IMG/VR virus record: IMGVR_UViG_3300031992_000007
Location: 32,001 to 96,000 of that record
Length of the DNA: 64,000 nucleotides
Strand: one strand, 5' to 3'
DNA from: a virus
Taxonomy: Duplodnaviria > Caudoviricetes
A program made the translations under genes and the position numbers. The notes under the pieces are model-generated. The model was not told the DNA's origin, did not search any database, and saw only the letters and a list, made by a program, of their open reading frames with translations. Below, in pieces: positions 57,913-64,000 of the stretch (positions are counted from its first letter, which is position 1; each line of letters starts with the position of its first letter).

Positions 57913-58216
57913 GAATCACAACTGGTCTTGCATTGTTGAACTTCAGATTCTTCCACTTTTCGAAATCACGTCCAACTTTCTAATAAGACCTTCACCGTAA
58001 GCTGGCACACAAAGGTTGAGCTCAAGAAAATTCCTAGTGTGGCTCAGTAAGTTAGTTCATTCGATGCTCAATAACTCGGATTCGTTTGTTCTACACCTGT
58101 CGGCCCAAGGTGACACAGGATGCAATGACCAGATCTGATGGAGTTCAAGTTCGTACGGTGATGTAGATTCTTTTGTGATTTATTTTGTTCACTCCTCACC
58201 CAGGGAGGGTGAGGAG
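57913..58216 (+). ncRNA. candidate structured RNA with crossing long-range pairings
   Basis: 57914-21 pairs with 58173-80, 57922-33 with 58120-32, 57936-48 with 58133-48; TATG at 57910-13; terminator-like hairpin at 58192-58216. Confidence 0.55.
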
Positions 58217-58282
58217 GACATTTAACCTTTTTCTTTTTACTAAACTGACACATTGTCATAGTTTAACCCAAGGAAGACAAAC

Positions 58283-58801
58283 ATGAACGAAAATCGTGAG
58301 TTCGATGTGATCGCTGCGTCTATGCCTAGCGTTACCATCTTCAGCGATGGTTCGTTCAAGCCGCAGCTTGGTACAGGTGGATATGGGTCGATAGCTGTGT
58401 GTGGTGGATATACTCAGTTCTTCTATGGCGGTTATTACGATACCAGTAACAACGCCATGGAACTTAGTGGAGCCCTTGTTCCGATAAGGAGTTTAGTTGT
58501 CCCATGTAGAGTTCTCATTGTCTCTGACTCCCAGTACTTGGTTAATGGAATCAACAAGTGGGTTAGCAACTGGCATGCTAACAACTGGAGGAAGTCAGAT
58601 GGCCTTCTTATCCAGAACAAGGAGTTGTGGGAAGAGATGTACATGTACATGCAGACCCACCTAATCTCTGCTCAGTGGAGAAGAGGTCACACTGCAGGGA
58701 ACTTTGATAACACTATCGCAGATCAGTTCGCTTGCATAGGTGCGTACGGAGAAGCAAGAAGAGACATTCCTCCTCATCTCCTTGACATAGCCAGAGCGTA
58801 A
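58283..58801 (+). CDS. rnhA: ribonuclease HI
   Basis: FSDGS, TSNNAMEL, SDSQYL, NKELW, WRRGH, N..ADQFA motifs. Confidence 0.93.
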   Translation: MNENREFDVIAASMPSVTIFSDGSFKPQLGTGGYGSIAVCGGYTQFFYGGYYDTSNNAMELSGALVPIRSLVVPCRVLIVSDSQYLVNGINKWVSNWHANNWRKSDGLLIQNKELWEEMYMYMQTHLISAQWRRGHTAGNFDNTIADQFACIGAYGEARRDIPPHLLDIARA

Positions 58802-58815
58802 AAAGAAAAGATCAA

Positions 58816-58843
58816 CCTCTCCCTGGCACAAGCCAGGGAGAGG
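58816..58843. terminator. bidirectional terminator
   Basis: CCTCTCCCTGGC-acaa-GCCAGGGAGAGG between convergent genes. Confidence 0.8.
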
Positions 58844-58862
58844 GTCAACTCTTTATTCTTCG

Positions 58863-59405
58863 TTAAAGTGAGAGTTGGTAGTAGCAGAGGAAGATGGTCA
58901 TCCCTATCTGGATCAGGTGAAGTATCTGATCCGTACACAGGTTGATCTTTTCCTTGTTGCATTTGAGATGATCGATCACTCCATGGACCAGGATGTTCAG
59001 GAGAAGAGCGATGGAGAAAGCTTTGGCTGAGACAACGAACATCAGAGGGAAGAATGTTACAACTCCCCACATGACGCAGTGACAAGCCATGCCAGCGATG
59101 TAGTCGTGGTTGTAAGTAGGACCACTCTCTACACCTTTGACACACTGTATGTATTCGGTAAACTTCTCAGTCAGAGCAATGCGTTTATCGTTATCGGTGA
59201 TGTTGTTGATCCCTTCGAGAATATTCTGTCCGATCTTCCCGAGGTTACCGATACGACTATTGCGCTCACTGATCTGTTTGTCCCACCAGCTTTCTGTCTT
59301 GAACTTGTGAAGGTTCCCAAGGATCTGTAAGACGAAGTCTGAGAACACATGTAGTCCCAGACATATCCACAGAAGGTTGAACGGATTAGTCAGAGCATTT
59401 ATCAT
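58863..59405 (-). CDS. DUF3307-like membrane protein
   Basis: HVFSDFVLQ, HGVIDHLK, DQILH motifs with TM helices. Confidence 0.75.
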   Translation of the reverse strand: MINALTNPFNLLWICLGLHVFSDFVLQILGNLHKFKTESWWDKQISERNSRIGNLGKIGQNILEGINNITDNDKRIALTEKFTEYIQCVKGVESGPTYNHDYIAGMACHCVMWGVVTFFPLMFVVSAKAFSIALLLNILVHGVIDHLKCNKEKINLCTDQILHLIQIGMTIFLCYYQLSL

Positions 59406-59781
59406 AGATCCTCCCATCTACGTTGATTGTGACGGTGTTTCCTAGGTTAACCTTTACATCTGAGAGAGAAATTGCCTCTAGTTCACATCCGAGTTTTGTT
59501 TTCGGATAGAATACAGCGTATAGGTCTTTGTGATCGTGCCTGATGTTCTTGTTGAACACAAGGAACGTCATCCTTCTGGATAGTGTAGCCTTAGGTGGAG
59601 CTGATTCCAGTTGGATATCGAAGTTGTTGCTGATCTCTTGATGACTATTCAGATCATCGACAAGCACATTAGCTTCTTTTAGATGGCTTCTGTGAAAACA
59701 CATAGACCATGCCTGAATAACATCGACGATCGTTGAGGCCACATTGCGGTGAGCTCTTTCGTACGTTACTTGTACTTCCAT
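59386..59781 (-). CDS. hypothetical protein
   Basis: 131 aa, AGGAGG SD. Confidence 0.65.
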   Translation of the reverse strand: MEVQVTYERAHRNVASTIVDVIQAWSMCFHRSHLKEANVLVDDLNSHQEISNNFDIQLESAPPKATLSRRMTFLVFNKNIRHDHKDLYAVFYPKTKLGCELEAISLSDVKVNLGNTVTINVDGRIYDKCSD

Positions 59782-59790
59782 AGTTCCTCC

Positions 59791-59934
59791 TTAAAGTAGA
59801 ACTAGGATAACTAAACCTAAGATCACCAAGAGTAAGGTGGAAGGTTCAATAATCCCAGCGATGACAAGTATGATGAAGATGACGATGAGACATCCACATC
59901 CTTCTTTGCTATCTTGATCTAGTTCCTTACTCAT
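59791..59934 (-). CDS. small membrane protein
   Basis: MSKELDQDSKEGCGCLIVIFII..., AGGAGG SD. Confidence 0.65.
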   Translation of the reverse strand: MSKELDQDSKEGCGCLIVIFIILVIAGIIEPSTLLLVILGLVILVLL

Positions 59935-59947
59935 GGTGACCTCCTTG

Positions 59948-60430
59948 TTAGTAGATCGATGTCCATCGGACGATGCTGCCGTCTGCTTCGACAACAGGCA
60001 TCATGACGGTATTGAGACCGACTACGAAATTCGCAGGTAGCTTGGATATACCCACGAGTTTGACATCATAAGGTGATCCACTGCAGACGTACACGTCATG
60101 CAAAGCAGACATGGCTTCTACAGGGAAAGGTTCACGCAAGCAAAGGATGTGAAGGGTTTCCTTCGACTCAGCATGTACGCACACCTTAGCGATGTTGAGA
60201 AAGTTCTCCGCGTGGTCTTGATCTTCATCTCCAGTGCTGACGAGATCGAACGCGACTGTAGTTACACTTGTAGTGTATTTACGGTCGGTTTCTGTCTCCC
60301 TGCGGATAGTGCGGATCATGTCCAGCACCATCTCTCTATCTTCGGGGGTGAAGGGGATTCCTTTGGGCGACCAATAAAGGATCTCTACATGAGTAGGATC
60401 CTTGTGTGTAGCAGGTTTGTTCTCGTTCAT
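59948..60430 (-). CDS. hypothetical protein
   Basis: 160 aa, AGGAG SD. Confidence 0.65.
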   Translation of the reverse strand: MNENKPATHKDPTHVEILYWSPKGIPFTPEDREMVLDMIRTIRRETETDRKYTTSVTTVAFDLVSTGDEDQDHAENFLNIAKVCVHAESKETLHILCLREPFPVEAMSALHDVYVCSGSPYDVKLVGISKLPANFVVGLNTVMMPVVEADGSIVRWTSIY

Positions 60431-60459
60431 TTGACACTCCTTTTATCTGAACGGATGAG

Positions 60460-60723
60460 TCACATTGACTTAAAGTTGTGAGACTTAGAACGCTTCCGTT
60501 CATATGTGAATTTGCTGTGATCGATTCTTCCAAGTGAACCTCCTGGAGGAGGAACTGGTGTAGTATCTCCAATGTGATATTCCCAGCGATGGTCTGAAGG
60601 ATTCTGACCTTTGTGCGTTTTGCACCAGCACTCCTTAGAGCATATCTTGATACCCCAGGGTTGCGAGTTCTTCTCTTCTTCGAGTGTAGGTTCGAAAGTA
60701 GAATTACAAACAGGACATTTCAT
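60460..60723 (-). CDS. small Zn-binding protein (CPVC...CSKEC)
   Basis: 87 aa, AGGAG SD, CxxC..CxxxC pattern. Confidence 0.6.
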   Translation of the reverse strand: MKCPVCNSTFEPTLEEEKNSQPWGIKICSKECWCKTHKGQNPSDHRWEYHIGDTTPVPPPGGSLGRIDHSKFTYERKRSKSHNFKSM

Positions 60724-60802
60724 TTAGTCGCTCCTTTATGATAGACTGAAGAAGATGCTCACCCTAGGTAGCCCTAGGGTGAGTCTTGGGAAGTAAGGGA
60801 AC

Positions 60803-61780
60803 TTACTTGGTCTCGCCAGCTTCAGTTTCCTTTGCCTTGTTCTCCTTTTCACGGATGAACTTGAGCAGACCCTCTTCGAGCTCCTTGGGAAGTTCACCAG
60901 GCTTGATGATCCCAACTTTCGGAGTCTTCCTCTCGCCCTTGTACTCTGGGGTTTCCTTAAGAACAAGCTTTCCGTCCTTGACGGTATAGTTCTCTTCGAG
61001 ATCCTTGTCATTCGGGAACACTTCAGGATCTTCTGTGAGATCCATCTCGTTTATCAGACGAGCATGACGATCACTGTTGTCACGAACGAACTTTAGGTAA
61101 GCCTCAAGCTGCATCAACCCAGTACGGATGCAGTCGTGACACGGGCAGTCGCCGTACTCGATCTCATGAGCCAAGGAGCTCAGACGCTTGCCAACCAAAG
61201 CGGTGGCTGTGCGGAGAGCAACCTCCTCAGTGAGCACATAGCCCTCATCCAAGAGTTTGCGTTCTGCGTCCTTGAGAGTATCCTCTGCTTCGTTCTGATG
61301 GGTGGCCGGATCTTCGTTCATGAAGACCATAAGCGTCTTGACGGTACGCTTTGGGTGACCATTGTCATCACTGAAGACGTACATGACGCCACGAACAACT
61401 CCAACGAAGAAGGGTTTCTTTTTTGGAGAATTGATAGGCTTACCAGACAGCTCAAGGATCGGAGCGGTCTTGCCATGTTTAGTCTTTACATGACTTGCGG
61501 CTGAATCCCCTTCTGTGATGATGAGTCTGTCCTTCTTGCTGACCTGGTAGGTTGCGAACTTCTTGCCCGTGTCAGGATCAAGAGTCCTGCCAACGTACTT
61601 GACCTCGATATCCGGGTAGTTGACCAGAACGCGCTTGGCACATTCCGCGAGGGTTTTGTGTGTCTTCTTCTTGAGTTCAATGACTTCGATGATCATCGGC
61701 TGAAGTTCCTCAACACGATCGGCCAACTCTTTGGTGTAGTCGAAGGTGTAGTTTTCCTTGATTGGTTTCTTTGTTTTCAT
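60803..61780 (-). CDS. hypothetical protein containing a GyrB Toprim-like fragment
   Basis: 325 aa; [10 protein letters not shown]...[14 protein letters not shown] SD. Confidence 0.7.
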   Translation of the reverse strand: [325 protein letters not shown]

Positions 61781-61947
61781 TTGTTTTCTCCTTTTAGTGG
61801 TGTTTGGTTTTCATCGATTACAACTTGAATGACATTTCCATTGACCTTTATAGTGGCTTGAGCATGACCAGCGTGAGCAGCTTGTATACAAAGCGCTTCT
61901 AGTTTAGCGACTGTGCAAGGTGCAGTGATGGAGGAGAACACTTTCAT
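61777..61947 (-). CDS. small hypothetical protein
   Basis: 56 aa (MKVFSSITAPC...), below the ORF-track cutoff; ATGA overlaps at both ends. Confidence 0.6.
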   Translation of the reverse strand: MKVFSSITAPCTVAKLEALCIQAAHAGHAQATIKVNGNVIQVVIDENQTPLKGENK

Positions 61948-62462
61948 GGCGGCGATACCTCCGAGCTGCGTGCAAGTATTGCACTTGAGTTATACCTATA
62001 ATCACGGCAACCTTTGCAGACCTGGAACTCTTCAACTGTTACAAGAACCTGCTCCCAAGGAAGCTGTTCCACGAAATGCTTCTTCATCGACTCGAATGCC
62101 TCCGTGGGAACCTCGTGTACATTCTTGAAGAACTTGAGGTTCTTAGGATCCATCGTGTAGATCCTGAAGTCATAGTTGAACTTCTTGGCGAGTTCAACCA
62201 GTTCGGCAACTGAACCTTCGCTACAACCAACCCTGCTGACAGCAAGATTGACCTTCTGCTGCATCGCTGTAGTGACCATAGCGTGCACATAGTCCCTGAC
62301 GCGACCACGAGGATCGCCTTCATTGACGTACACATACGAGCCTCCAGGCGTGATCCACACCTGATCGTTCTCTATTTGAAGCATTCCAGGGAATGCCTTT
62401 TGAACAAATGTGGTCTTGCCAGTACCAGGCAGACCACGAACAATATGGATGATGTTATTCAT
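61944..62462 (-). CDS. P-loop kinase (AAA_33 / polynucleotide kinase-like)
   Basis: IVRGLPGTGKTT Walker A; NVHEVP motif. Confidence 0.8.
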   Translation of the reverse strand: MNNIIHIVRGLPGTGKTTFVQKAFPGMLQIENDQVWITPGGSYVYVNEGDPRGRVRDYVHAMVTTAMQQKVNLAVSRVGCSEGSVAELVELAKKFNYDFRIYTMDPKNLKFFKNVHEVPTEAFESMKKHFVEQLPWEQVLVTVEEFQVCKGCRDYRYNSSAILARSSEVSPP

Positions 62463-62727
62463 TTGTGTCCTTTTTGGTTGGTAACCGATCTCTCGGTATA
62501 AATTGCCCATCGATGTAGACTATGTCGAACCCTAGACATAGATCTCGAATGCAGAACGCGTCTGTTGGGACTTGGAAGAACTTTGCTAATTCAACTAACT
62601 TGGTAGCTAGCTCTTCCTTGCTCTCAGAATAGTACTGAGTGATATTGATCAACTTGAAGGTCCATGCCTTATGGGCATGATAGGGCTTGAGTAGGAACCT
62701 AGCTTTTTGTGGACTGGTTACTATCAT
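62455..62727 (-). CDS. hypothetical protein
   Basis: AAGGA SD before MIVTSPQK; early-like TAAATTAC at 62786-62793. Confidence 0.55.
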   Translation of the reverse strand: MIVTSPQKARFLLKPYHAHKAWTFKLINITQYYSESKEELATKLVELAKFFQVPTDAFCIRDLCLGFDIVYIDGQFIPRDRLPTKKDTNE

Positions 62728-62811
62728 CGCTACACAATCCTTTCTTGTTAAAGAATTCAAGCTTTACATATCAGACTACACAAAAGTAATTTATAACTGA
62801 AATAGGGTCGA

Positions 62812-62836
62812 CCCTTCTCCCATTAAGGGAGAAGGG
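62812..62836 (-). terminator. hairpin terminator
   Basis: CCCTTCTCCC-attaa-GGGAGAAGGG just after the RNAP stop. Confidence 0.65.
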
Positions 62837-62843
62837 CCTTAGT

Positions 62844-64000
62844 TCAGAACGAGTCCTTAGGAGGGTTCGCTGTCAAAGCATGAACTGTAATTGCTACAAG
62901 GTCGTCTGTACCTACCTGGGTTTTGCCAGAAGGAAGGATGTAGTTCTGCGGAGAGTTGCAGTACTTCTCGCATTCCTCGTTGGCTTCTTTGCCGTAGATA
63001 GGGTTCCAGGACACTGTATCCCCGTCGTAGTCCGCCGTCAACCCAGCACGTTTACTAGGATGGAACTTAAGAACGTCCTCTACCGTCGCTCCCATCACTG
63101 GATACTCAGGGAGAAGTTCACCAGCTCCAGTTGAAGCGTTGGTAACGAAGTTAACAACTCTTGCAGGAGCGGTGCTCATCAGGTGAGTCTTGGAAGGGAA
63201 GATCGACTGCTGATCAGTTACAGGATAACGAGTGATCAAACCGTACTTGCCTTTGCTGGCGTAGTACGTGGCTATGTACATCATCTCGATATAGGTAAGA
63301 GGATGCAGCTTCTTGGGATCGAATGTTCCTTTGTAGTCCTGTTTGAACTCGTTCAGGTTACGGAAGATGTAGATGTCCTTGACATCGTCATACACCAGAT
63401 AGAGGTAATAGGGTTTACCCTTAGACCTGACTATAACAGGACGGAACCTGAAGTCAGGATCCCTGAACCTGTCGATAGTCTTCTGTATTCCATTGGAAGT
63501 CAGAAGAAGGTCTTTGTCCTTGTCGTCTATTGGAACGTAACCAAGTAGGTTAGTTTCAGGATCGATCATCGATACGGAATCTGAACCCTGACTTATTACA
63601 TTCGAGTAGAACAGGAGTCTCATCCAGTAAACAACCAAAGACGAGAAGCCTTTAGCAGCCTGGTAAAGAGGAACCTTGACTTCATTAGGTCTGTGAGCCT
63701 GAGGACTGTCAGGTTCAGGAGCTTCCATATTGGTAGCTGTAATGACGTTACGAGTACCACCAACGATGTGACGGTGGGCAAGTTTACCCTGGAGGAAGCC
63801 CTTCTTACCTTCAACCATGTTGTACAAGCACTCATAGATTTCCATCACTTTCCTCTGGATAGAGAAATGGACGGAGTCATAGAGAGGATCTTCATTGCCG
63901 AAGGGAGGCATGGCTTTGGTAGAGCTAAGCAACGAGGTGTAAAGTGAGTTGATAGAACCCTTCTCTATCCTACCTTCTTCCTCGGACATATCTCTGATGC
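62844..64000 (-). CDS. virion RNA polymerase beta' catalytic subunit (phiKZ gp180-like), probably 5'-truncated by the window edge
   Basis: GKKGFLQGK, GTRNVIT, TRYPV, catalytic ADYDGD (DxDGD). Confidence 0.87.
   Translation of the reverse strand, partial: IRDMSEEEGRIEKGSINSLYTSLLSSTKAMPPFGNEDPLYDSVHFSIQRKVMEIYECLYNMVEGKKGFLQGKLAHRHIVGGTRNVITATNMEAPEPDSPQAHRPNEVKVPLYQAAKGFSSLVVYWMRLLFYSNVISQGSDSVSMIDPETNLLGYVPIDDKDKDLLLTSNGIQKTIDRFRDPDFRFRPVIVRSKGKPYYLYLVYDDVKDIYIFRNLNEFKQDYKGTFDPKKLHPLTYIEMMYIATYYASKGKYGLITRYPVTDQQSIFPSKTHLMSTAPARVVNFVTNASTGAGELLPEYPVMGATVEDVLKFHPSKRAGLTADYDGDTVSWNPIYGKEANEECEKYCNSPQNYILPSGKTQVGTDDLVAITVHALTANPPKDSF

Noticed and set aside
1-64000. Claim that the phage is nucleus-forming; tRNAs, introns or inteins
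   Set aside because: I recognised no chimallin or PhuZ gene in the window. I saw no tRNA-like sequences, and terminase, NrdD, topoisomerase and RNAP genes appear uninterrupted (by eye, not scanned).

Overview
A 64 kb segment of a phiKZ-related jumbo myophage genome (standard genetic code, gene-dense, mostly minus strand). The anaerobic NrdD suggests an anaerobic host. It carries the terminase large subunit, a T4 gp21/phiKZ gp175-type head protease, baseplate proteins, tail sheath and tube, and the portal. It also has four multisubunit RNA polymerase subunits (three virion-type, one non-virion-type), two type IIA topoisomerase subunits, RNase HI, a GH24 lysozyme and many small accessory genes behind TA[T/C]ATTAC early-promoter motifs. 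phiKZ gene numbers come from recalled motifs and synteny, not a database search. The main unexplained feature is a ~1 kb array at 24723-25695, between the convergent tail-tube and portal terminators. It has seven mutually unrelated, stop-free coding cassettes of 38-49 codons, each opening with A-GGT (Gly) and closing in frame with WGG-CTC-TCC ([W/R]-L-S). It looks like a silent library of swappable protein segments (cassette-based diversification); I found neither an acceptor gene nor a recombinase/RT in the window. Other points of interest: an active/inactive ClpP-like gene pair with a charged repeat tail, an inactive head-protease paralog, a GyrB Toprim fragment in an unrelated ORF, three candidate structured RNAs and an iteron-like origin candidate.
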